Shown: positions 50,764 to 59,393 of the stretch, piece by piece
Position numbering within the stretch: position 1 is the stretch's first letter
Layout: each line of letters starts with the position of its first letter
Source: an uncultured Acidobacteriota bacterium
GTDB lineage: Bacteria > Acidobacteriota > Terriglobia > Bryobacterales > UBA6623
Assembly (NCBI GenBank): GCA_963805925.1
Contig: CAWDWB010000008.1
Span: 3,073-67,072 of the forward strand
Direction: 5' to 3'
Length of the DNA: 64,000 nucleotides
The notes under the pieces: model-generated
The model's input: only the letters and a program-made list of their open reading frames with translations
What the model was told of the DNA's origin: nothing
The model's database searches: none
Made by a program: the position numbers and the translations under genes

Positions 50764-52288
50764 AGAATATGGAGTGACCTGTCCAACCGCGTCTGTCGCG
50801 GATTACGCTTCAGGCGAAGCCACAGATGCGCAGAGCCGCATCGAGGAGGACAGGTCATGGCGGAGTTTAGCAAGTACATCGGATTGGACGTTCACAAAGA
50901 GACGATCGCGGTGGCGGTCGCCGACGGAGAGGGCGGAAGCGTGCGCTACCAAGGGGAGATCCCCAACGGGGCAGCAGCCGTCGGAGCCCTCTTGAAGCGG
51001 ATGAGCTCCCACGGGGAGCGGTTGCGGTTCTGCTATGAAGCGGGACCTTGCGGGTACGGTCTCTACCGTCAGATCGTGGCGGCAGGGGCGGCCTGCGTGG
51101 TGGCAGCGCCGGCGCTGATACCGCGCAAGCCGGGCGAGCGGATCAAGACCGACCGGCGTGACGCGGTGAGCTTGGCGCGGCTGGATCGGGCGGGCGAGCT
51201 GACCGCCGTCTGGGTTCCCGGTCGTGACCAGGAAGCGATGCGGGACCTCAGCCGAGCCCGGGAGGACATGAAGACCGTTGACCGGCAACTGCGCCAACGA
51301 CTCAGCGGCTTCTTGCTGCGCCATCAGAGGACTTACACCGGCAAACAGCCTTGGACGCAAGCCTATTGGCGCTGGCTGGAGAGCCAGCGTTTTGAGACTC
51401 CGCAACAGCAGATCGTGCTCGAGGAGTACGTGGAGGCGGTGCGACAGGCGCAGCGTCGGACGGCTTTACTCGAGAGTCAGCTGCAGCGGGCAGTCGAGGG
51501 TTGGAGTTTGGGAGAGGCTGCGCAGGCTTTGACCGCGCTACGCGGCGTGGATCAGACGGCGGCGGCGACACTGCTGGCCGAGCTCGACGACATCAGCCGC
51601 TTCGATCATCCGCGACAGCTGATGAGTTACGTCGGTCTCGTGCCGAGCGAAAGCTCGAGCGGCGCCCAGCGGCGGCAAGGAGGCCTGACCAAGACCGGCA
51701 ACAGCCACGCCCGGCGGATCTTGGTCGAGTGCGCCTGGGGCTACCGTTTTCCAGCCCGCAAGACGGCGCGGATTCAGCGCCGAGCCGAACGCGCTTCGGA
51801 GGCGGTGCAAGCCATCGCCTGGGACGCGCAGCTGCGCTTGTGCGACAAGTATCGGCGGCTCGAGGCGCGCGGCCTCAACGGCTCGAAAGTTGTTGCTGCG
51901 GTCGCCCGTGAGTTGTGCGGGTTCATCTGGGCCATCGTGCGCGAAGTGCAGCGAGCCGACAAGTTTCCCGCGGCGGCTTGAGGTCCACCGCGGGAAAACG
52001 GAAAGAGCGGTGGACAGGCAAGGCCGCGGGGAGAACCCTCGAGCCTGCTAGGAAGCGTCTGCGAAAGCGGCGATCTTCGACTCTAGAGTGAGGCAGCTCC
52101 ACGACGAAGACTTCTCAGGCGGTAACCAAACCGCGGATATCAGAGTGATCAACCGTCGTTTCGAGCCGGGCCGATTCACCGCTCTTTCCATCGAGTCCAA
52201 ACCCGGCGGAGAAGGCAAGGCCGCCTCTCCGGGCGGTGGCGTTGGCCCCGAACTTGACAGGTCACACCATATCAGCAGGCTGCTGAAA
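50759..52288 (+). mobile_element. IS110-family (IS1111-like) insertion sequence, copy L
   Basis: 1530 bp that appears identical, in inverted orientation, to 55435..56964. All sub-ORFs in the track are mirrored exactly and I compared the ends by eye. The subterminal inverted repeats are ATATGGAGTGACCTGTC (50767-50783) and GACAGGTCACACCATAT (52256-52272). The 5-prime leader is 98 nt and the 3-prime non-coding tail 307 nt. Confidence 0.85.
50857..51981 (+). CDS. IS110-family transposase/recombinase (DEDD type)
   Basis: 374 aa with N-terminus YIGLDVHKETIAVAV (DEDD_Tnp_IS110-like) and C-terminal LRGVDQTAAATLLAEL...SYVGLVPSESSSG...GNSHARRILVECAW (Transposase_20-like). Confidence 0.9.
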   Translation: MAEFSKYIGLDVHKETIAVAVADGEGGSVRYQGEIPNGAAAVGALLKRMSSHGERLRFCYEAGPCGYGLYRQIVAAGAACVVAAPALIPRKPGERIKTDRRDAVSLARLDRAGELTAVWVPGRDQEAMRDLSRAREDMKTVDRQLRQRLSGFLLRHQRTYTGKQPWTQAYWRWLESQRFETPQQQIVLEEYVEAVRQAQRRTALLESQLQRAVEGWSLGEAAQALTALRGVDQTAAATLLAELDDISRFDHPRQLMSYVGLVPSESSSGAQRRQGGLTKTGNSHARRILVECAWGYRFPARKTARIQRRAERASEAVQAIAWDAQLRLCDKYRRLEARGLNGSKVVAAVARELCGFIWAIVREVQRADKFPAAA

Positions 52289-52370
52289 AACTCCCTTTGA
52301 GGAGTGACCGAATAGAACAAGGAGACGTCTTTCTGTTTAAGGAGAGACGTTGATTTTGGCATTCTGAACT

Positions 52371-54173
52371 GGGCTCTTCCGCAATTTTGGTGCAGGGCGG
52401 CGGCATGTGATGGGCTAGAACATTATGATCAACGAATGTTTTAGCCTGATCTGTGGGACGCGGTGCGAAGCTCCGGCGGAGCGTGCTTCCGGATCCTGGC
52501 CAGTTGCGACTTGAGCGGATCGCACGCGAAGGGGGAGCGATGATCGTGACCGTCGCCGCTTGCGCCTACGCCGCCGTTTGCCCGTTATGCCGGCGATCCT
52601 CTCGATCTGTTCATAGTCGGTATGAGCGCAGGCTTCGCGATCTGCCCTCGCATGGCGTGGCGGTGCAACTGAAGCTGCGGGTCCGACGGTTTCGCTGCCG
52701 CACCGCCGGATGTCCCCGCAAGATTTTCGTCGAGCGGCTTCCCCGCGTCGCGTTGCCCTATGGGCGACAGACCGCGCGGTTTTCCGAGACCCTGCGCATT
52801 CTCGGCTACGCGCTTGGAGGCGAGGCCGGCGCTGAGTTAGCCCAGCGCCTCGGCATCGAGGCCAGTCCCGACACCATCCTGCGACGTCTGAAGACAGAAG
52901 GCGCAGCGAGTTCCGCCGTGCGCGCCGTCGGCGTCGACGATTGGGCCTGGCGCAAAGGACATCGCTACGGCACGATCCTGATCGATCTGGAGAAGCGCTG
53001 CGTCATCGACCTGCTGCCGGATCGCTCGGGGGCCGGCTTCCGAGAGTGGCTCGAAGGGCATGCGGAGGTGCGCATCGTCAGCCGCGACCGCGCCGGAGTC
53101 TACGCCCAGGCATGCAGGCAAGGGGCTCCCGCTGCCGTGCAAGTCGCCGATCGTTTCCACTTGATCATGAATCTGACGGCGGCCGTCGAAAAGGCGCTCC
53201 AACCGCGTAGTCGCCAGTTGCGCTATCAGTCAGGCTTCGAGGAGAGCGGCTTCAGGGAGAACGGGCGAGGGAGCGATCGCGCCGGAGAGAACGACAGTTT
53301 CTCCGCCGAGCAAGGTTCATCCGAGCGGCGCGCCGCTCCAAGCCGCTCGAAGCAACTAGCCGAGCAACGCCGCCGGCGCAGGCTCGAGCGCTATGAACAG
53401 GCGGTCGAGCTCAACCGCCATGGGTTTTCCCAGAAGGCCATCGCTTCACAGCTCGGCCTGGATCGCAAGACCGTGCGGCGCTGGCTGCGCTCCGACGGCT
53501 TTCCGGAACGCAAGACAGCCGAGCGTCCTTCTCGGCTGACTCGTTTTCAACCGTACCTGGAAAGGCGTTGGCGGGAAGATGGTCACAACGGAGCGCAGCT
53601 GTGGCGCGAAATCCAGCGGCAAGGCTACCGGGGCGGCCGAGGCATGGTGGCTCAGCTCGTCGCCAAGTGGCGCCGAGAGGGCATCCAAGCAGCGCCAAAA
53701 AGCTTGACGACGGCTGCCGCCAAGACGATGTCGCCGCGGCGGGCTGCCATCCTCGTCACGCGCCGGGCGGAGTCTTTGAGACCGGAGGAGGAGCGCCTGA
53801 TTGTCAATCTGTCGGAATCGTGCCCCGATCTGCTTCGCGTGCGCGCGATGGCGGAAGGCTTTCGCACCGCCCTCGAGAGCGGACAGCCGCCATTGCTCAA
53901 GGCCTGGATGAAGGACGTCCAAAACGATGCGTTCCCCTCCATCGCACGATTCGCCGGAGGATTGAATCGAGACTGGTCAGCCGTTGAAGCCGCCGTCACG
54001 CTGCCCTGGAGCAACGGTCCCGTCGAGGGACACGTGAACCGCCTCAAGCTCATCAAACGCCAGATGTACGGTCGCGCCGGGTTCGAATTGCTGCGATCGC
54101 GCGTGCTGCCTTACCGACCTGTTTTTCTTCCCGCCCGCGCTCCCTGACCTGCACCAAAATTGCGGAAGAGCCC
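52371..54173 (+). mobile_element. ISL3-family insertion sequence
   Basis: Perfect 26-bp terminal inverted repeats: GGGCTCTTCCGCAATTTTGGTGCAGG (52371-52396) and CCTGCACCAAAATTGCGGAAGAGCCC (54148-54173). No matching 8-bp target duplication is seen. Confidence 0.85.
52453..54147 (+). CDS. ISL3-family transposase
   Basis: 564 aa with an N-terminal zinc-finger region CPLCRRSSRSVHSRYERRLRDLP...RRFRCRTAGCPRKIF, then VGVDDWAWRKGHRYGTILIDLE, RDRAGVYA and ADRFHL. Confidence 0.9.
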   Translation: MGRGAKLRRSVLPDPGQLRLERIAREGGAMIVTVAACAYAAVCPLCRRSSRSVHSRYERRLRDLPSHGVAVQLKLRVRRFRCRTAGCPRKIFVERLPRVALPYGRQTARFSETLRILGYALGGEAGAELAQRLGIEASPDTILRRLKTEGAASSAVRAVGVDDWAWRKGHRYGTILIDLEKRCVIDLLPDRSGAGFREWLEGHAEVRIVSRDRAGVYAQACRQGAPAAVQVADRFHLIMNLTAAVEKALQPRSRQLRYQSGFEESGFRENGRGSDRAGENDSFSAEQGSSERRAAPSRSKQLAEQRRRRRLERYEQAVELNRHGFSQKAIASQLGLDRKTVRRWLRSDGFPERKTAERPSRLTRFQPYLERRWREDGHNGAQLWREIQRQGYRGGRGMVAQLVAKWRREGIQAAPKSLTTAAAKTMSPRRAAILVTRRAESLRPEEERLIVNLSESCPDLLRVRAMAEGFRTALESGQPPLLKAWMKDVQNDAFPSIARFAGGLNRDWSAVEAAVTLPWSNGPVEGHVNRLKLIKRQMYGRAGFELLRSRVLPYRPVFLPARAP

Positions 54174-54200
54174 AAATGAAGTTGCCAAAAGCAGACGTCG

Positions 54201-55295
54201 ATGCGTGGAGCCGATCAACAGCCGGACGCCCTATTCAGTTATGTGTCGCCGGAGCAGCGCGTGCCGGAGGAACATCCGCTGCGGCCGATCCGCGCGATGG
54301 CCAACGCCGCCCTGCGGAAACTCTCGCCGCGATTCGCTAAGCTCTACGCCTGCTCCGGCCGCCCGTCGATCGCCCCTGAGAAGCTCCTGCGGGCGCTGCT
54401 GCTGCAAGTGCTCTACAGCGTGCGCAGCGAGCGCATGCTGATGGAGCAGCTCGACTACAACCTGCTGTTCCGTTGGTTCGTGGGGCTCGGCATGGACGAT
54501 CCGGTGTGGGATCCGACGACGTTCACCAAGAACCGCGATCGGCTGCTCGAGGGCGACATCGCGCAGGCCTTCTTCGCCGCGGTCGTCGCCCAGATCCAGG
54601 GCAAGAAACTGCTCTCGGACGAGCACTTCTCCGTCGACGGCACGCTGCTCGAAGCGTGGGCGTCGCAGAAGAGCTTCCGGCGCAAAGACGGCCGCGAGAA
54701 CGATTCCTCAGACGACGATCCGGGTAACCCGACGGTCGATTTCCACGGCGAAAAGCGCACCAACCAAACGCACTGTTCGAGGACCGATGCCGACGCCCTG
54801 TTGGCTAAAAAGGGCAAAGGCAAAGAGGCGAAGTTGAGTTACGCGGCGCACGTGCTGATCGAAAACCGCAACGGCATCATCGTCGAGACGGCGCTGACGC
54901 CGGCGCACGGACGAGCGGAAGAGGACGCGGCGCTGCTGATGATCGAGCGGCTGCGGGGCGCGCGGCGCATCACCCTAGGCGGCGACAAAGGTTACGACGA
55001 CGGCAAGCTGATCGCGGAGCTAAGACGCATGGGCGTGACGCCGCACGTGGCGCAGAATCTCAAGCAACCGGGCGGCAGCGCGATCGACAGCCGTACGACC
55101 CGACACGCCGGCTATCGGGTATCGCAACGCAAACGCAAACGGGTCGAGGAAGTGTTCGGCTGGATGAAGACAGTGGGCTTGCTGCGCAAGCTGCGCCATC
55201 GCGGACACGACAAAGTAGGTTGGATGTTCACCTTCGCGGCGGCGGCGTACAACCTGGTGCGGATGAGAACGCTGCTGACGGCGGAGGCGACGTAG
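54201..55295 (+). CDS. IS5-type (IS4/IS5 superfamily) DDE transposase
   Basis: 364 aa with LFSYVSPEQRVPEEHPLRPIR, GRPSIAPEKLLRALLLQVLYSVRSERMLMEQLDYNLLFRWFVGL, DGTLLEAWAS, GDKGYD and VEEVFGWMK. I could not define the element ends. The ATG lies 27 nt after the ISL3 repeat. Confidence 0.85.
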   Translation: MRGADQQPDALFSYVSPEQRVPEEHPLRPIRAMANAALRKLSPRFAKLYACSGRPSIAPEKLLRALLLQVLYSVRSERMLMEQLDYNLLFRWFVGLGMDDPVWDPTTFTKNRDRLLEGDIAQAFFAAVVAQIQGKKLLSDEHFSVDGTLLEAWASQKSFRRKDGRENDSSDDDPGNPTVDFHGEKRTNQTHCSRTDADALLAKKGKGKEAKLSYAAHVLIENRNGIIVETALTPAHGRAEEDAALLMIERLRGARRITLGGDKGYDDGKLIAELRRMGVTPHVAQNLKQPGGSAIDSRTTRHAGYRVSQRKRKRVEEVFGWMKTVGLLRKLRHRGHDKVGWMFTFAAAAYNLVRMRTLLTAEAT

Positions 55296-55434
55296 GAGCG
55301 GTGCGTCCGAGAGCAAAGATCGAGTTGAAACGGCCTGCTAAAGGCCGGCGGAAGACCTCGAATGCTCTCCGCTGGTCGCCGAAAACAGACTTCTAACTCC
55401 GATTTGGACCTGCGGCCGTGCTTGCGGCTGTGAA

Positions 55435-56964
55435 TTTCAGCAGCCTGCTGATATGGTGTGACCTGTCAAGTTCGGGGCCAACGCCACCGCCCGGAGAGGC
55501 GGCCTTGCCTTCTCCGCCGGGTTTGGACTCGATGGAAAGAGCGGTGAATCGGCCCGGCTCGAAACGACGGTTGATCACTCTGATATCCGCGGTTTGGTTA
55601 CCGCCTGAGAAGTCTTCGTCGTGGAGCTGCCTCACTCTAGAGTCGAAGATCGCCGCTTTCGCAGACGCTTCCTAGCAGGCTCGAGGGTTCTCCCCGCGGC
55701 CTTGCCTGTCCACCGCTCTTTCCGTTTTCCCGCGGTGGACCTTAAGCCGCCGCGGGAAACTTGTCGGCTCGCTGCACTTCGCGCACGATGGCCCAGATGA
55801 ACCCGCACAACTCACGGGCGACCGCAGCAACAACTTTCGAGCCGTTGAGGCCGCGCGCCTCGAGCCGCCGATACTTGTCGCACAAGCGCAGCTGCGCGTC
55901 CCAGGCGATGGCTTGCACCGCCTCCGAAGCGCGTTCGGCTCGGCGCTGAATCCGCGCCGTCTTGCGGGCTGGAAAACGGTAGCCCCAGGCGCACTCGACC
56001 AAGATCCGCCGGGCGTGGCTGTTGCCGGTCTTGGTCAGGCCTCCTTGCCGCCGCTGGGCGCCGCTCGAGCTTTCGCTCGGCACGAGACCGACGTAACTCA
56101 TCAGCTGTCGCGGATGATCGAAGCGGCTGATGTCGTCGAGCTCGGCCAGCAGTGTCGCCGCCGCCGTCTGATCCACGCCGCGTAGCGCGGTCAAAGCCTG
56201 CGCAGCCTCTCCCAAACTCCAACCCTCGACTGCCCGCTGCAGCTGACTCTCGAGTAAAGCCGTCCGACGCTGCGCCTGTCGCACCGCCTCCACGTACTCC
56301 TCGAGCACGATCTGCTGTTGCGGAGTCTCAAAACGCTGGCTCTCCAGCCAGCGCCAATAGGCTTGCGTCCAAGGCTGTTTGCCGGTGTAAGTCCTCTGAT
56401 GGCGCAGCAAGAAGCCGCTGAGTCGTTGGCGCAGTTGCCGGTCAACGGTCTTCATGTCCTCCCGGGCTCGGCTGAGGTCCCGCATCGCTTCCTGGTCACG
56501 ACCGGGAACCCAGACGGCGGTCAGCTCGCCCGCCCGATCCAGCCGCGCCAAGCTCACCGCGTCACGCCGGTCGGTCTTGATCCGCTCGCCCGGCTTGCGC
56601 GGTATCAGCGCCGGCGCTGCCACCACGCAGGCCGCCCCTGCCGCCACGATCTGACGGTAGAGACCGTACCCGCAAGGTCCCGCTTCATAGCAGAACCGCA
56701 ACCGCTCCCCGTGGGAGCTCATCCGCTTCAAGAGGGCTCCGACGGCTGCTGCCCCGTTGGGGATCTCCCCTTGGTAGCGCACGCTTCCGCCCTCTCCGTC
56801 GGCGACCGCCACCGCGATCGTCTCTTTGTGAACGTCCAATCCGATGTACTTGCTAAACTCCGCCATGACCTGTCCTCCTCGATGCGGCTCTGCGCATCTG
56901 TGGCTTCGCCTGAAGCGTAATCCGCGACAGACGCGGTTGGACAGGTCACTCCATATTCTCTAGG
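55435..56964 (-). mobile_element. IS110-family (IS1111-like) insertion sequence, copy R (inverted)
   Basis: See copy L. Identity ends at 55435 (TTTCAG...) and 56964 (...CTCTAGG). Confidence 0.85.
55742..56866 (-). CDS. IS110-family transposase/recombinase, identical second copy
   Basis: The 374-aa translation is identical to 50857..51981. Confidence 0.9.
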   Translation of the reverse strand: MAEFSKYIGLDVHKETIAVAVADGEGGSVRYQGEIPNGAAAVGALLKRMSSHGERLRFCYEAGPCGYGLYRQIVAAGAACVVAAPALIPRKPGERIKTDRRDAVSLARLDRAGELTAVWVPGRDQEAMRDLSRAREDMKTVDRQLRQRLSGFLLRHQRTYTGKQPWTQAYWRWLESQRFETPQQQIVLEEYVEAVRQAQRRTALLESQLQRAVEGWSLGEAAQALTALRGVDQTAAATLLAELDDISRFDHPRQLMSYVGLVPSESSSGAQRRQGGLTKTGNSHARRILVECAWGYRFPARKTARIQRRAERASEAVQAIAWDAQLRLCDKYRRLEARGLNGSKVVAAVARELCGFIWAIVREVQRADKFPAAA

Positions 56965-57326
56965 GAGACCCCCAAGCCAATCTGATGCAGGGCGGCTCCG
57001 ATAGCGGCGCCGATCGCTATTACCATAACGATGCTCGTTCCTGGCGCGACGGCTTTTTCCATCGTGGGATTATAACCGGCAAAGGGGACGCGGCAAAGGG
57101 CCCGAGCCCGCGGAGTTGTAGGACTCGGCTACCGGCGGCGCCGGTCGGACTGGATCTTTCCGGCAGCAGGGCAGTTAGGCGGCAGCGAAGTCTTCCGCCG
57201 CCCGCGCGAGCTTTGCCGCTGATCCGATTCAGCCGTTCGAGCGCGGACTGCTGTCTCGCGCAGGCGGCGCCGCCCTTAAACTCGCTATTTCAAAGGCTTA
57301 CGGCCTCTTATCCAACTTTGATGAAG

Positions 57327-57941
57327 CTAGAAATGACATTGCGTGCAGGCGCTCTCCACCGACATTTTCAAATGTTTTGCCTCGGTCGAACCGTGCGGCA
57401 TGTGGCACATTGCGCAACTGTATAGTACACCTCGCTCATGCGTATGCACCTTCGCAAATCCGCCTTCATCGTGACACTGAAAGCAGTTCGAAGCGATGCT
57501 TCCGCCTACGAAGTCCCACTTCCCGTCCCGCACTTCATGACACGTGGTGCAAGGCGCACCCAGAGCAGGCGGCGGATGCGCGCGGAACGGCTTCCACTCC
57601 TCACCGAGCTGCGCTGCCGCGGACGGGTCGCCCGCAAAAAACGCCACGCGCTCCTCAACGTCCCCATCGCGGAGCAGCAACTCATGGAGCCCCGCCGAAG
57701 GGCTAATCGTCGCTGCCAGAGCCAGTGGTCCCGGCCGCTCCATTTCGAGAGCGTTACCATCCACCAGCATCACCGCCGAAGAAGAACCTCGAGCCACGAC
57801 GTTTAGCGGCCCCGGCTCAACGATAGCGTTGGGCGTCGGTCGAAAAATGTGAGCAGGCGAGTCTGACTGAGCTCCCCCTGGGAGCCCAGTCAGCAAGGCT
57901 ACGGCCAGAATTTGAATCGAAAACCGAATACTCCAGCCCAT
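57327..57941 (-). CDS. secreted tetrahaem c-type cytochrome
   Basis: 204 aa with a signal peptide (ILAVALLTGLPGGAQS) and four CxxCH motifs in the C-terminal half: CTTCH, CFQCH, CAMCH and CTQCH. Its ATG lies 2 nt after the stop of the upstream oxidase gene. Confidence 0.85.
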   Translation of the reverse strand: MGWSIRFSIQILAVALLTGLPGGAQSDSPAHIFRPTPNAIVEPGPLNVVARGSSSAVMLVDGNALEMERPGPLALAATISPSAGLHELLLRDGDVEERVAFFAGDPSAAAQLGEEWKPFRAHPPPALGAPCTTCHEVRDGKWDFVGGSIASNCFQCHDEGGFAKVHTHERGVLYSCAMCHMPHGSTEAKHLKMSVESACTQCHF

Positions 57942-57943
57942 TC

Positions 57944-59140
57944 TTACGACCGAATGCGTACCAGAGAACGATCAATCTCTCTCAAGCTTCCGACGCCGCA
58001 CAAGCCCATGTTGTTGACGAGCTCAGAGCGAAGAATCTGCAGCACCCGTTCAACGCCCGGCCCGCCGAATGCCGACAATCCATAAGCATACGGTCTGCCG
58101 ATCAGAACCGCCTTAGCGCCCAGAGCGAGGGCCTTGATCACGTCGGTTCCACGGCGAATGCCGCCATCCAACATTACCGGGATTCTGCCGGCTGCACCTT
58201 CAACAACTTCGGGCAACGCTTCGATCGTGCCGCCCACTTGATCCAACTGGCGACCGCCGTGATTCGAGACGATGACTCCCTTCGCACCCGCCGCGATCGC
58301 CTGCTCCGTTGCTTCTTTGGTGAGGATGCCCTTGATGACGACGGGCAATTTGGTCAGCGATACCAGTTCCCTGACGTCGTCCCACGTTGGCGTCGGAGGG
58401 TGATTCGCATCCAACTGCCAGTTCGCTAGATGTTCTCGTTCCGGATGAGCCGTCCTGGGTAAGCGGCCCAAGGCATCTCGCTCCGGCACTCCCGGACCGC
58501 ACCAACTTCTGTCGAAATAGTTGCGCCAGTTTTGATATTTATGAGGATAGAAAAAGATGTCGATGGTGAAAACGATGGCCGAGGCGCCTTGGTCTTCGGC
58601 CCGCATGACCATCGCCTTGCTCGATTCCGTATTCCCTAAACGAGTGGTCAGATAAAAATTGGCCGGTCCCTTGCCCTTCGATGTCAATTCCGAAATTCCG
58701 GCGCTCACCATCAGTGCTTTCTGGTTGGCGGCGGCTTCGGCGCTTACGATCTCGCCATCGGGCCAAAAGCAGGTCTTGCCTCCAACCGGATCCAGCATGA
58801 TCGGGTAGTCCAGTTTGAGTCCGAACAACTTGAGGGACGTGTCGATATTACCGACGCCCGTCAGCACCTTTGGGCGGAGAATGATGTTTTTGTAGCCGGC
58901 CAAATTGTCGTGAAGCGCAGCCTCCTCCTCAGCGCCGCCTTCCAGGTAATCCCAGGCCGCCGGATCAAGGTTCCTGCGAGCTAGCTCCCCGAACTCCATG
59001 ACGTTGACCGGCTTGAGCAACGCGTCATCTGTCGGAAGGTCGGATACATTCGTACCCACCTGCTGCGCGCCTAACACCTGCTGCGCCCCATAGAGAGCTA
59101 TAAGGCGCTCTATGGCCGAACGCCTGCTAACTTTCATCAT
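57944..59140 (-). CDS. FMN-dependent alpha-hydroxy acid oxidase/dehydrogenase family protein with an N-terminal extension
   Basis: 398 aa with SNHGGRQLD, LDGGIRRGTDVIKALALGA and DYLEGGAEEE, typical of the glycolate oxidase / L-lactate / mandelate dehydrogenase family. N-terminus MMKVSRRSAIERLIALYGAQQVLGA (possible twin-arginine signal). AGGAG lies 9 nt upstream of the ATG. Confidence 0.8.
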   Translation of the reverse strand: MMKVSRRSAIERLIALYGAQQVLGAQQVGTNVSDLPTDDALLKPVNVMEFGELARRNLDPAAWDYLEGGAEEEAALHDNLAGYKNIILRPKVLTGVGNIDTSLKLFGLKLDYPIMLDPVGGKTCFWPDGEIVSAEAAANQKALMVSAGISELTSKGKGPANFYLTTRLGNTESSKAMVMRAEDQGASAIVFTIDIFFYPHKYQNWRNYFDRSWCGPGVPERDALGRLPRTAHPEREHLANWQLDANHPPTPTWDDVRELVSLTKLPVVIKGILTKEATEQAIAAGAKGVIVSNHGGRQLDQVGGTIEALPEVVEGAAGRIPVMLDGGIRRGTDVIKALALGAKAVLIGRPYAYGLSAFGGPGVERVLQILRSELVNNMGLCGVGSLREIDRSLVRIRS

Positions 59141-59393
59141 CCTCGATCTCCTTCTGTTCCTGCGCGGGACCCTTCTCGTTGACCTGGCTCAACACAGATT
59201 CCAAGCAGAGCCCTTCTTCGGCGAGCTGATAAATCTCTCCGAATGGCCCAAAATGAAGGCGAAATCGCGACTTTCGTACTCCCGGAAACTCATCCTCACC
59301 GCCCTCCTCTTCACACTTAGACCTTTGTGACCTGTTGAAAGGCCGCCACGCGGATTCGCCCCGGCGGGGCCTGTCATCGTTCTACACTTCGGT

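Noticed and set aside
50755-56970. Composite transposon bounded by the inverted IS110-type copies with a GAGACC target duplication
   Set aside because: GAGACC occurs directly before copy L but is separated by 2 nt (GG) from copy R. IS110-family elements do not normally make target duplications or composite transposons. The match is short enough to be coincidence.
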